The notes under the pieces: model-generated
Seen by the model: the letters and a program-made list of their open reading frames with translations, nothing else
Databases searched by the model: none
Told to the model about the DNA's origin: nothing
From: Camelus ferus
Taxonomy: Eukaryota
NCBI RefSeq assembly: GCF_009834535.1
Contig: NC_045696.1
Span: forward strand, 29,886,001 to 29,950,000
DNA: 64,000 bases
Reading direction: 5' to 3'
Made by a program: the position numbers and the translations under genes
Shown: positions 38,801-51,298 of the stretch, one piece after another
Layout of the letters: the number at the start of each line of letters is the position of its first letter
Position numbering within the stretch: position 1 is the stretch's first letter

Positions 38801-40134
38801 AAGTCCGAGAGGTGTGAAGACTTCTTTATTCCTCGACAATGATAAGATACTAAATAAGCAGAATATAAAACAATATTTTAAACTTGACTCCTGTTTTCTT
38901 TCTAAGATTGAATCCATATGCAAATAAATGCGTGTGTATATAAAAATGGAATGGGAACACAGACCTCAAAATATTAAAATTATATTGCTGATGTGAGGTT
39001 ATAGATGATGGTTACACTCTTATTTACTGTCTCTTAAATTTCCAAAAGTAAACACTCATAATTGAGAGAAAGCCTTTTATATCAGGGGGGAAAAAAGCTA
39101 TTAAAAATTTTTTTCCAGTTATAGGGTCCTGCATTTAATAAATGCTTGGTGAACTGATGATCATATTTGAATATTTGTTGTGGGTGTTGCTTAATTCTGA
39201 GAAGCCAGACTCCGTATTTCTCACTAGCAACAATAACTTTTAAGCAGTTAAAAAAATTAAAATGTTGCTGATAACAAAGAATGGGTGTTCTCACAGCTGG
39301 TTTTCAGTTAAAATTTTAGAATATGTAATTTAACCAGAAGAGAGTAATTTTAAATTTACTTGAGTGGTTTAAATAATTACATGGAGACAAGGCAGGTATT
39401 CCTCCATTAGATAAACATACACTATTAGAAAACAGTGAGGATGATTTAAGGAAAATTTAAAAGTCTATGTTAGAGAATTTAAATCAGCATTTCAATAATT
39501 GAGGAGGATTTAATGTAAAACAGGGAGTCCTTTTGAAATAAGCAATCAAAATAATTCATTAAGGCAGTAATCACTCGTAGGCTTGGCTGCTTCTCTACAC
39601 ATAAACAAAATCGGTGAATATTGTTGAAATGACACCTCACCTCCAGTAGTTTAACCTTATTGCTGAAGGAAAAAAGCTGTTTATTATCACCCTGAATTAT
39701 TTTTATTTCCTTTCCCATGCAATGCAAAAGGGAAGATTCAGCCCAATAAATAGTTGGTGAGATCATAAATGTGGACCAAATTATTTTTCAGTCTATGAAA
39801 ACTAATCCAAGGTATACAATACAAAACTACTGGGAAATCATTGAGCTAAAAAATAGATATTAAAGCTTGCATCGCCCCTCACTTAGGGGAGTGACTGGAC
39901 CAGAAGGTCAGGAATGAGTAGAAGGAGGATATTAAGAAGGATTGGGAAATGTGGTATTAAGGGAGTGATGCTGACTAGTTTAACCATCAATGACTAGAAA
40001 TAAAAGAAATAAAAATCCTAATTTTGGAAAAAGGTCTGAGTCAACATAAGGATCGCAATGTCACAATTTATTTTTAATTCCAGGTTTATGGTCGGATGAC
40101 TCCTGGGGCGTTGCTTCCTCTGGGTCTGACTTAC

Positions 40135-40261
40135 ATTGAAGTCTTTCAATATCATCATCTTCCTTTCAGTAACCAGAGTAGGCTTAAGATTATGTAAATA
40201 GGCAGACACCTTCAGATACCGGGATTGCTGCTGCAAGCTCTTTCTTGCTAAGAAATTGATT
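40135..40261 (-). other. Candidate spliced exon (127 nt), host gene unidentified
   Basis: Acceptor gcttattaa-poly(T)-ctatcag and donor AAT|GTAAGT. Unique sequence with one open frame. Confidence 0.4.
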
Positions 40262-40519
40262 CTGATAGAAAAAAAAATTAATAAGCATTATGTAGTCCCT
40301 TCCTTTAAACTCATTCTTCAGGACTTGTAGAATAATGTAGATTATGAGTAACGAAAAAAATAAAGTATCACTTTGCCTCATATAAGAACTGTGAGATCTC
40401 TGGTTATCACTCTTCCTTTATCCTGTTAAAACTAAGCTTTTTTTTTTTTTTTCCCTGATAATTACTTCCCCATTCCTGATAGGAATGTTAAGCAGTCACT
40501 TTATTTGCACTGATAATGT

Positions 40520-41590
40520 TGTCATTTATTCATTCATTTAAAAATGACTGAGTTGCCTCTTCTTGTAGGCATTGAACCAGTTTCTCTAATATAAGCATTG
40601 ATAAGACGTCATCCCTAGGTTGCTCACAGACCAACAAGAGAACCATGAGAAATGAAATAATTATGATCCACGGTGGCTAAATACAAATGGAAAAAGTCAT
40701 GCAAGTTTTCTTGCAGCGCAAACGAAGGGCACGAATCCATCCTGACTGGAACTGGCAGGGGTGGGGGGAGGAGGAGAGCTTCTCAGATGAATATTAAATA
40801 ATGAGGGGCTGATAATTAAATGGACAGAAATAATGACAACAGCATGAGTGAGGCAGTGAGGTGTGTGCAGAGAAGTGTAAGCAGCTTGTTGTGGAAAATG
40901 AGGCTGTGAGACGAAGCAGAACTGGGAAGCAATAATGCAGATTCTTAGGTCCCCTGGAACAGATTTGGGCATTATCCTAAAGGGGAGAAAATGAAAAAAA
41001 AAATTTTTAAATAGGGAGTGTTTTAAAAGCCAGCTCTGGATGATGAATTTAACATTTGACAGGAAGAGTTCTGGAGGCAGAGTCATCAATTAGGATCATG
41101 ATGAAGTTGTCCAGTCTCTAGATCATTAGGGACTAAATCAGTGGATTGTAACCCTGGCTGCAGTTACAATCACCTGGGAGTTTTAAAAGCTACCAATGCT
41201 TGGGTCCCCCCAGCAATTCAGCTGTAATTGAACTGGAGTGAGGCTAGGTATCAGGAGCTTTAAAAGTTTCTGCACATGATTTCGGTAAGTACCCAAGGCA
41301 ACCGTTTTTTTGAGATTAGTAAAGGGAGAAGGTGGGTTCAAGCCAAATTTAAAAGACAGAATGTAGCAAATTTTTGGATATAGGGGTGAAGAACGACATT
41401 AGCATTAAAGATAATTCTCCAGGTTTTTTCTTGGTTTCTGAGTTGATGGTAGGACTGTAAACCCTGGAAGGTAAAGCAGGTGAAAGAAAACGTCTGAAGG
41501 AAATATGAGTAGATTGGTTTTGATTATGTTTAGTCTGGAATACCAAGGAAATCCTGGGCAAAGAGATTAAACTTGGAGAAGACAAGAGGG
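40520..41590 (-). mobile_element. L2 fragment interrupted by a MER5-type element
   Basis: Begins 'catttattcattcattt'; antisense L2 segments continue on both sides of 41139-41306. Confidence 0.7.
41139..41306. mobile_element. MER5B/MER5A1-like MITE
   Basis: 'cagtggattgtaaccctggctgcagttacaatcacctgggagttttaaaa...atgcttgggtcccc'. Confidence 0.8.
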
Positions 41591-41704
41591 GAGTTACTTA
41601 TTTGAAGTATTTTCAAATTCATCAGACCTTTTGGTTCACAGAACAGACCTATGGGGTGTAGAAAACCCCATATGTATACTGTATGTAAATTTACATAATA
41701 ATGC

Positions 41705-43840
41705 TTTTTAAATTAATAGACTTTATGTTTTAGAACAGTTTTAGGTTCACAGCAAAATTGGGTAAAAAGGCTGCAGGATTTCCATGTACCCTCATTGCCG
41801 CACGTGCACAACTTTCCCCAGTATGGACATCCCCCACCAGAGGGGTACATGTGTTATAATTAGTGAACCTACATTGACACATCACTATTATCCAAGGTCT
41901 ATGGTTTACATTGAGGCTCACTCTTGGTGTGGTACATTCTATGGGTTTGCAGGAATTTATAACGATGAATATCCACCATCGTAATAGTAGTACAGAATAG
42001 TCTCATTGCCCTAAAAACCCCTGTGCTTTGCTTGTATATCCCTCCCTCCACCAACCTCTAACAATCACTTATCTTTTTACTGTCACCATAGTTTTGCCTT
42101 TCCAGAATGTTATATTTGGAGTCATATAGTATATAGCCTTTTCAGATTGTCTTCTTTCACTTAGTGATATGTATTTAAATTTCTTCCATCTTTATTTATG
42201 GCTTAATAGCTCATTTCTTTTTAGTGCTGAATAATATTCCATTGTCTGGGTGCCTCACAGTAAATTTTTCCATTTGCCTATTGAAGGACATCTCGGTTGC
42301 TTTGAAGTTTTGGCAATCATGAATAAAGTTTCTTTAAACATCCACGTGCAGGTTTTTGTATGGACGTAAGTGTCAACTCATTTGGCTAAATACCAAGTAC
42401 AGTTGACCCTTGAACAATGCGGGAGTTAGGGGCACTGACCCCACATGCAGCTGAAAATGCATATATAACTTTTGACTCCACCAAAACTTAACGACTAATA
42501 GCATACTGTTGACCTGAGTCTTACCAATAACATAAACAGTCAGTTAACACATATTTTGTATGTTACATGTATTATATACTGTATTCTCACAACAAAGTAA
42601 GCTAGAGAAAAAATGTTATTGAGAAAATCATAAGGAAGAGATGAGATATTTACAGTACTGTACTATAATTATCCATACTGTAAGTTTACGTTGTCTGTTT
42701 ACAAGATGGAATGTCTGTCAGCACCTACATCAATATTGTATTATATGATACAAATACTGTGGACTGTTATACATATTACTTATACCAGACATCAAAAATT
42801 AAAAGATAATATAAATAAGAAACTCTTATTTATTTACAGGTGTAATGATTCATTCATTGATAATGAAGGAGCCACAATGTTAATTGCTTTCCTTTAGTGT
42901 AATCAATATTATTGCTTCATGATAGCTTTGCCTATACACTAATGAATAGATCATTATAAAAATGTTATGGCATACAGAATTACAGTCATATTCATAATCC
43001 AGCATAGCAAACATTGTTACATTTTTATAAAAACCACTTCTCTGTGTTGATAGGCTGATAACTAGTTTCTCCAATTACCAGAGAGAGAGGCATACTGTAA
43101 CATAATGTAATTCTTTGAAAGCACAGTTTAAAAAACAGTAGGAAAACTAACATAATATTAATTTTATATTAAATATCATTCACCTTATGTCTATGTAAGG
43201 ATAACCTAGTATCTACATGTATTTTATACATTCATGACACACATACATTCTTCTTATTTTTTTCAATATTTTTAGGCCAGCCAGCTCATCTGTGAGTTTT
43301 TTCAAATTGTCACAAATCTCCAAAGATTTTTTTCAATGTATTTATTGAAAACAATTTGTGTGTAAGTGGACCCATGAAGTTCAAACCCATGCTGCTCAAG
43401 GGTGAACTGTAGTGTGATTGCTGGATTATGGTAAGAGTATGTTTCGTTTTGTAAGAAACTGTCAACTGCCTTCCAAAATAAATGGCTGCGCCATTCTGCA
43501 ATCCTACTAGCAATGAAGTTCCTGTTGCTCAACAACATAGCCAGCATTTGGTGTTGTTGGTATTGTTGATTTTGGCCATTGTGGTAGGTGTGTCATGATA
43601 CCTCGTTTTAATTTGCATTTTCCTGATGACACATGATGTTGAGCATCTCTTCATGTGTTTATTTGCCATCTCTATATCTTCTTTGGTGAGATGTCTGTTA
43701 ATGTCTTTGGCCCATTTTTAAATCTGGTTGTTTATTATCTTGTCAAATTTTAAGTATATTTGAACATTTTGGGTAACAGTCCTTTATCAGATGTGTCTTT
43801 TGCAAATATTTTCTCTCTGTGGCTTGTCGTCTCATTCTAT
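41705..43840 (-). mobile_element. L1MC1-like 3' end, split by a Tigger2 insertion
   Basis: 'aatagactttat...cagttttaggttcacagcaaaattg...catcccccaccagag...tgaacctacattgacacatca'. The L1 sequence rejoins across 42399/43410. Confidence 0.9.
42400..43409. mobile_element. Tigger2-family internal-deletion derivative (1010 bp)
   Basis: TIRs CAGTTGACCCTTGAACAA and (reverse complement) CAGTTCACCCTTGAGCAG, TA TSD on both sides, and Tigger2 subterminal sequence. Confidence 0.93.
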
Positions 43841-43855
43841 AATAATACATTTTTT

Positions 43856-44054
43856 GTATATATATTTTTTATTGATGTATAGTCAGTTTATAAGATTGTG
43901 TCAGTTTCTGGTGTATAGCATAATAGTTCAGTCATACATGAACATACATATATTTATGTTCATATTCTTTTTCAGCATAAATTACTACAAGATACTGAAT
44001 ATAGTTCCCTGTGCTATACAGTATAAACTTGTTGTTTATCTATTTTATATATAA
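43856..44054 (-). mobile_element. Short lineage-specific L1 3' tip
   Basis: 'tattgatgtatagtcagttta...tttctggtgtatagcata...tgaatatagttccctgtgctatacagta'. TSD AATACATTTTTT/AATATATTTTTT with a TT/AAAA endonuclease site. Confidence 0.88.
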
Positions 44055-44391
44055 AATATATTTTTTAAGGAAATAAATACACTTTAAACAACACCTTCTG
44101 CTTCTGCTCCTCCTCCTTCTTTTTTCCTCTTTAGTATATATACTTTTTTTCTGCACAGTTCTGGAGGATATCCAGTTAGCTGTCATACGTTATCAATGAT
44201 AATCAGTAAATAGACATAAGCCATCCCATTGGAGGAAACAACATTAATAATGAATCAAGGAACAGTTTAGAAACAATGTACAGAGAGTAGAATGGACCTG
44301 CTGTAAATCCTGTAAATGCTATAAATGTTGGTATTGATGTGTTTGGAATTTGTTGTGAAAATTCATGGAAGCCACAAGAAGAAATATTAAA

Positions 44392-44614
44392 CAGTGCTTT
44401 ATAAACTGTGCTCCACAGGGCTTTAGAGTTTTAAGGAGGTAACTGAAAGTCAGCTTGCAGGGAAAGAGAGGGGTTCAATAAGGTGGGCCTATGCTTCTCA
44501 TCTTTCCTATTAGTCTGAACATACTCTGATTATGTTAGTTTTACATATTGTGTTTGACCTATACTTTAAACAAAAAACAAGGTTCTGCAACTAAAGGACA
44601 ACTGAAAACCACTA
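44392..44614. mobile_element. MER103C-like hAT-Charlie element
   Basis: 'cagtgctttataaactgtgctccacag...ttttacatattg...aaggttctgcaact...tgaaaaccacta'. Confidence 0.6.
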
Positions 44615-45889
44615 ATTCAAAGCATTCTGAAGTTCCTCAGTTGGACTTTTTCACCTGATGACCTTTTAAATTCCTTCCTTATAATCATCATTAATCATCC
44701 TAAAGTCAAATCTCAACGTTAGTGGAGCGAATAAATTGGAACTACCATTTCAATCACAACTTACGTCTTTCTTCTTTAGCTGCTCAAAAGTTGATTCCTA
44801 TAATGTGTGTGCACTTGTATAGTTGCAGAGTAATTGTTTTTTCAAAACCAATTTATTAACATTTCAAGTAGGTGTGGTGTAATTTTGAGTTAGTCATTTT
44901 TAATCCCATAGAACTTTTATTAAAACACACACTTGGTACCTTATTTGTGAGTTAACTTGCTACAAGAATTTTCACTTAGGTATCTTGTCAATAAATATTA
45001 GACTCAGTCACCTGTTGAAATATAATATCTTAAATGAGCTATTAAAATCTGTTTCTTTTGAGAGTTTGTCATTATAGGAGAGTAATTTTTCCAACTTCAG
45101 TAAATGTTAAGTCATTATGATCTGTCTGGATTAGCTAGATAAGAGGCATTTCTTGAGAATGTGTGTTTTCCTTTTTCTATGATTGAACATTTTCTTTTAC
45201 TAGAAAAGAGCAATGGTTTAGGACTTGGTTCATTCAAGAATTATTATCTTTTAATGTACTGGGTCACAGGAAACCATATATTACTCATTTGCAAATTAGA
45301 TGGAAGATTGTTTACAGTGAATATAATACTTTCCTAGTGAATGAGAAACCTTGTGTCTATAATCCAGGTCAATGTTTCCCTTATATAAAGCTACTAGGGA
45401 AATTGAACTTATGAGTTATATGACTGGGGGGTGTGCATGAAAATAAAGACAGCCAGGTTGTCTTAAGAAATATTGCATCCATGACAGGGTAAATTCACAT
45501 TATCCACATTATCCAACGGAAGACACCTATTTAGTTACTTGAATATTCATGATGGCCATTCTCTCTTAGACAAAGTTGCTTAGCATGGACTCATTTTTAA
45601 TGTACAAGCAATTCTTTTTGTAAGTTCCATGCAAATCACATCTTTTCTGTTTTGAAAATATGGACACTGCTTCAGATACACTGCGAAAGAACTGAATGAT
45701 TTACAGTTTCCAGGAAACTTCGATGTCTTTAATCTGTTTGCTTGGATAGGGTAGAATGCCTTGGATCTTTGGATAGGTTACTACTGTAGATGGTCACATG
45801 CATTAACATAATTTGGGTTATCTTTCAAATTCACAATAGTTTTGCTCCTATTTACCATGAGTAATTCATGGTGGCCTGTAACAGCATGT

Positions 45890-46320
45890 AATGTTGCCAT
45901 CCAGCCATTGAGGATTAGATTGGATTGGACACATCACACAATTGATGCCCACTAGAGTCTCAATTTTTTTTTTTTAATTTGGGAATTGGGAATGAGATAG
46001 CAAATTTACTCTTGCTTATAGGCAACACTTAACATGTAAAATTAGGAGCTGGGATGTGGCCATAATATCCTATATGGATAAAGTATCAGAGAGAAGAATA
46101 ATGGAGCTATACAAAGATAAGCATCATTGATACAAAGAAAAGTTCTTTATAGTTTACATTTCCCAGTCTTAGTCAATATCCGAGGCCCATCTGCAACCTT
46201 ATTTGGCTTCTGTAAGTTTATTCCCCTCCTTTTTTTTTCACAATACATTTCTTTTTTTTTTGCTTAAGCAAGCTTGAGTTGTTTCTGTCACTTGCAACTG
46301 ATAGCTCACTAAATAATAAC
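45890..46320 (+). mobile_element. Old MLT1 (K/L-like) LTR
   Basis: 3' end 'caatacatttcttt...gcttaagcaagcttgagttgtttctgtcacttgcaact'. Confidence 0.7.
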
Positions 46321-47559
46321 AGAATCCATGAATGAGGACAATCAATGTTAGGATACATGTAAATAACATGGTATGTGCATAATATATTTAAGTAAATCTG
46401 ATATTGAAATGATTTGATCTTTATAACTTTCAGTTCCAGAGGGTAATCCTTATCTGACTTTGTCTTTTAACTGTGGGAATCCTTTACTACTGCCACTAAA
46501 GCACTTTTTACCATGATATTTAAGATTCATTTCAAATCTAAGATTACATAAAATTGTTTGCTTTATTTCATAGGGCAAAATTTCGAGGCATTATCTTCGA
46601 AGAAACCAAGTAATAAGTCATAGTTACATCTAATGAGTTGTTACTGAATTTGCACAGGCAAATCAAAGGCCTCCTCTTATGCAGCCGTTAAATGCGGATC
46701 TTAACTGTTACGTTAACTTACAATTGATATCTTAATCTCATTGACAAAACTAAAAGTGCGAAGCATTATGTCAGTTCTCTGTTGAACTACTGAATGTTTA
46801 AAATGTGACAGTAGACATTGTTGACTAGAAGTAGTGTTTAATTTTTTTTTTTATTTTTGCAAATGGCCACTTAAATGTTTGTAATTTGTAGAAAACCTTG
46901 TTTATTTTTCGATTTATATCTTTATGACCTCTTCCTTTTAGGAAGTGTCAGTTTTTTTTCTGTGCTTGTGCAATATATTTACTTGACTATTTTATTGTTT
47001 TGAATTTATATAAAGTGGAGAAAATAGGTTTGGATCTGTCTGATCAATTCCTTCAAGCGCTAGTTCCCTTTAATTGCAGTATTGATTGCAGCAGGTACAA
47101 CAGGACCGGTGATTTCATACAACACACCATGTCAGCCTTCAGAGGAAACAGAAGCTTTGGAAGCAAGTGGTTAAGGTTACCATTTATCTCATGACCCTAT
47201 GAAAGTTGACATGTGTCATCAATAGTGACACGCCAAAGATTCAGATTTCTTTGGCATAGCTTTGGGAAGTTAAGACAATTCTCTAAATCTTTATAGTCTT
47301 GAAATCTCTTCATGCATGTTTCCCTTGAGAGTGTTAGTGTTTCTTGTGTTCAGCAAGGTCAGACGAAAGCAGTTTTTTCCTTTCTCTGGTTCCTGGTTGG
47401 CCTTATTGTTTTAGATAACCACCAGCAGAAGAGTTTTGGAATTTTAGGAGCTGGTAATTTAGTAAGGGAAATAAATCATGGCTATGAACAGGGGCAACCC
47501 AAGATGGTCTGTGAGTGGCCTGAGACTGAGGCATTAGGGAAGAGTGGTTTTGGAAAATG

Positions 47560-47765
47560 AGTATGGTAGAAGGTTGGACGTGTCTCAGACACTTTTTAGC
47601 TACTTCCTCGCTGGTGACTGTGTGCAATAAATATAATCGATATAACCCTAAGCTTCTTCATCTGAAAAATGGGGACAATAATAATATTCACTTCATTAGG
47701 CTGTTTGTTAGGAGAAAATGAGACTGCATATTTCTAGATAATTGTAAGCACTCAGAAGTGTAAAT
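47560..47765 (+). mobile_element. MIR SINE
   Basis: Core 'cttcttcatctgaaaaatggggacaataataat...cttcattaggctgtttg'. Confidence 0.75.
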
Positions 47766-48089
47766 GAAACATCATGCCTGGAGTAGAGGAAACAGAAGTT
47801 ACTTTTACCTCATATAATTAGGGAAGAAGTCAAGCAAGAAAGAGAATCTAACTCTAGGATGTGTGGAGTTTCAAAGATTGAGATAGTGGAAAATGCGTCT
47901 TAGGTGATGGATCATAGAGATGTGAAAATGCAACATATGACTGCAGGAGACTGAATGAATTATTTTGAGCAATATCTAAGGCATATGTGTATCAGTGCTT
48001 CACCAGACTTTTCACCAAAAGACCCCAAGGGCACAGGGAAATCTCCGACTCTAGGGAAGGGAACACCACCAGAATCACATCTACCATCA

Positions 48090-48300
48090 CCATGATAATA
48101 CTAAACATTTATCAAGTGCTTAGAATTGACTGGCTCTGTGCTTTACATTCACTGCCTCAGCTAATTGCCAAAATCTCCGTGGGCCATTTTGGCATGAGAT
48201 GAGCAAAGTGAGGCTCACAATTAATGAGTTAATAGGTGGTGGAGCTGAGACTCCCGAGAGCATGATTGCAGGGCCCTCCCTCTAAAACTGCTCTATATTC
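48090..48300 (-). mobile_element. MIR SINE
   Basis: 'aacatttatcaagtgctta...tgctttacat...agatgagcaaagtgaggctca...ggtggagctgagactc'. Confidence 0.7.
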
Positions 48301-49134
48301 TGTTTCTGGGGATTAGGTCCTGGGTGTCCAATTTTTTTGAAAGCCTCTTGTTTTATTATTATTATTTTTAAATCATTTGAAACATTGAATTGCAATTCAT
48401 AATATATACATTTGTTTTGATATAACATGTTTTAAAATACTCTCTGTGCAAATGTTTTCATCTATTTGGTAGGTTAATAGTGTAACACAGACTGTCAATT
48501 TCAGAAGATTTAATATTTTTCAAGTGTCTTCTTTCAAGGATGTTAGAATGTAACCTTGAGAGAGCTTCAAGCAATTTTTAATTTGCTTGTTTGATGGTGC
48601 TTTTCACTATATAAGTCCTAGCGAAGATTCTTGATGCTTTGTTTGCAAAAAGAAATAAAAAATCTGATGCTCTTTCTTCAACATTTGCATAATTAATTTA
48701 AACCTTTGCTATATTTACAGTTTTATGCAGTTATTAAGGTTTTGTGATAACAATATCTTTGTATAAGATTTTCTTGAAACTTTACAGTTTTTCAGTCTAT
48801 GATTTACAGCTGAATACTTGTCGTGAGGAATCATGAATCTCCTCTGAAGAAACTTATAAATGCATTCCTAAGTGTCAAGTTTAGAGTCACTTGAAATATG
48901 CCTTCTATGGAATTAATAAAGGACAATTTCAAAGAAGTAGTTGTAAATATCTATATAATACAAGATTACATTCTAGGTAATGTTATTTGTCACCACGGAG
49001 AACAGTATTGTATCTTAGTTATAAATAATTATGTTAATCCATGTAATGTGTGCTTAAAACTTATAAGTTATTCTCTATTTATACTGTAACTGTGAAGACA
49101 AATGCTAACTTGAATCAATTATGTTTAATATCCT

Positions 49135-49264
49135 TTTTTAAAGCTTTTTGTTGTTTTTTGGGGGGGATAATTTGATTTATTTATTTTTAATGGAGGTACT
49201 GGGGATTGAACCTAGGACCTTGTGAATGCTAAACACGCACTCTACCACTGAGCTGTACCCTCCC
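49135..49264 (-). mobile_element. tRNA-Ala(AGC)-derived SINE (camelid vic-1 type)
   Basis: Minus strand GGGAGGGTACAGCTCAGTGGTAGAGTGCGTGTTTAGCATTCACAAGGTCCTAGGTTCAATCCCCAGTACCTCCA, with A and B boxes and an AGC anticodon remnant, then an A-rich tail. Degenerate 16-bp TSD (13/16 identical) at 49119-49134 and 49265-49280. Confidence 0.9.
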
Positions 49265-50233
49265 TAATGTGTAATATCTTAATTAGCAGCATATCTCTGC
49301 TGCTAATAAACAAAATTTGCAAGATGTATGAAACTCAGGAACACTTTAAAAGTACAAAAAGCTTTTACTTATTGATAGTCAACAATGGATGGAGATTAAG
49401 CTTAATCTAGTAACTAAAAACAGACAAATGAAACATGTATCTAAAAAACACTAATTCTGGTTCTAATTTTAAGTAAGAACTTGAATATGTAGAAATTTAA
49501 CCCTTAAGTTGATGGGACTAGATGTCTCTAGGTAAGTGAATTATGACTACATTTACATGTAACATTTTATAATAGAAGTGTTGTCAGAAAAGAGAAACCA
49601 AAACACTCTAAAGAACCATCATGCCTATAATACCAATTTTTTACCTCTGGCATTCAGCCAAAAAATTTCCCTTTGTCCAAGAGGAAAATAAGATTGCCAT
49701 TTTGATTATGATTACTTAGACTGAAAAATTGCTTAAAGACAACACCCCCACATATGATGTATTTAAAAATGAAATCTAGAACTCTTATTTTTCAAAAATA
49801 TATTCTCCACATGAAAATAGCAAACAGCATGATGGATCAATAATTTCTAATAAGGTAGTTTCAATTCCACTAAACCTGAATTGATACTTTTAAATGGTCT
49901 CTACGTTTGAGGAGTTGAAGTTTAGCAATATAAAAAATAATGTAATTCAAATATATTATCTTGTTTGTTACATTCTACATATATAGTCCAAGGGAACGTG
50001 TAGTGAAGTTGATTTGAGATCAGAAAGGCTTCACAGAGGGTGAGTTGATCTATGAATACATGAAATATAAGGAGATAATCATCTAATGAATACAACATGT
50101 GAAAAACAAAATGTGCAAAAGCATGGAGAAATAAAATAATATGGCATGTTTGGAGGAATATGAATTTGGCATTTTCAGAAATTAAGGAGGGAAGGACTTG
50201 GTGGATAGATATGAGACTACAGGCAGCTGTAGT

Positions 50234-50360
50234 AAGATCCTTGGAGTTGGAGTTGACAAGGAAGATCCTTATGGTTGGAGTTGACAAGGGAGGTACTTGG
50301 AGTTGGAGTTGACAAGGGAGATACTTGGAGTTGGAGTTAACAAGGAAGGTATTCAGAGTT
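50234..50360. repeat. 28-bp minisatellite, 4 full copies plus partials
   Basis: Units start at 50240, 50268, 50296 and 50324; consensus CTTGGAGTTGGAGTTGACAAGGRAGRTA. Confidence 0.95.
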
Positions 50361-50789
50361 TTATTACTTTGATGAAATCGTACCTTAGAAAACATTTTGG
50401 ATCAGCGTCACAAGATAGGATAGTTCACACTACTAGAGTGGAAGACAAATGTACTAGTAGTGAGCCAGGTGACAGGGAAAATAGTTGAAAGGTTAGCTTC
50501 ACAGTTTAAGTGGGAAATGCTATAGTGCCTAATCTAAGAGAAGGATGGTAAAGATGGAGAAGTAGGATGGATGGAGAGTCATTTCAGTAAGAGCTGGTGG
50601 TTAAATGTCTAGTGAGGATGAGTCAAATTGACTTCCAGGGGTGTGACTCTGGGGAAGAAAAAGGATAACAGATTCAGTTTTGCACATATTGAATCTGAAG
50701 TTCCTATGGATTACACAGGTTCTGTAAGTCTGGGAGAAAATCATGTGTATGTGTTGTAACCTTGGAAAAAAGGACAGGATAGTATATTG

Positions 50790-51298
50790 GTGAACATAGC
50801 GTTCAAGTTCCCAACAGGAAACCTAAGGAACACTCAATAATAATTAGACTAATTCTTGGAGGGGGTATTACAAAGAAATGGACTACAAAAATGTGGGAAG
50901 GATCAAAGAAAACCAAAAGGATATTGCAGGAATCTGTGACTAACAGCAATAAAACCATCACTAGACCTAAATAGGTGAGAGAAGTTAAAGGTCACCTAAA
51001 TCTACATGTAAAGATATACAAGGAGTGCAGGTCACCATGGGAGAAACAGTGACCATCTACTGAGGGACAGAGCCAGCTTGAGGAGACCTCACAGGAAGGG
51101 AATAAGTAACCTGACCTGATTCTCTTCTCCCTCCTAAACTCTTGCTGGTGATCCCCATTGACCAAACCAAGTCAGAGGAAGCCATAATACACGGGAGCTT
51201 ATTGATACAGTAAATATAGGTCAGCTTCTTAGGGCACAGAGCAAGATGGTGAGAGTTGGGAGTTGGTCTAGAAGAATGAGTGGAAGATATCCGTCATA
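50790..51298 (-). mobile_element. LTR33/LTR67B-like ERVL solo LTR
   Basis: 'cccaacaggaaac...acactcaa', 'cccattgaccaaaccaa', 'ggtcagcttcttagggcacagagca...tggaagatatc'. Confidence 0.75.

Noticed and set aside
47000..47194. Plus-strand coding exon after 'ccctttaattgcag'
   Set aside because: No good donor and no recognisable peptide in any frame. Kept only as part of the candidate non-coding element.
49190..49264. Functional tRNA-Ala gene
   Set aside because: Mismatched stems, an A-rich tail and a TSD indicate a SINE.
50240..50351. CRISPR-like array of 28-bp repeats
   Set aside because: The repeats are directly adjacent with no spacers, there are no cas genes and the context is eukaryotic.
49922..50395. 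Longest ORF (157 aa, minus) with repeated FLVNSNSK
   Set aside because: It overlies an L2 relic and the 28-bp minisatellite, which explain the repeated peptide.
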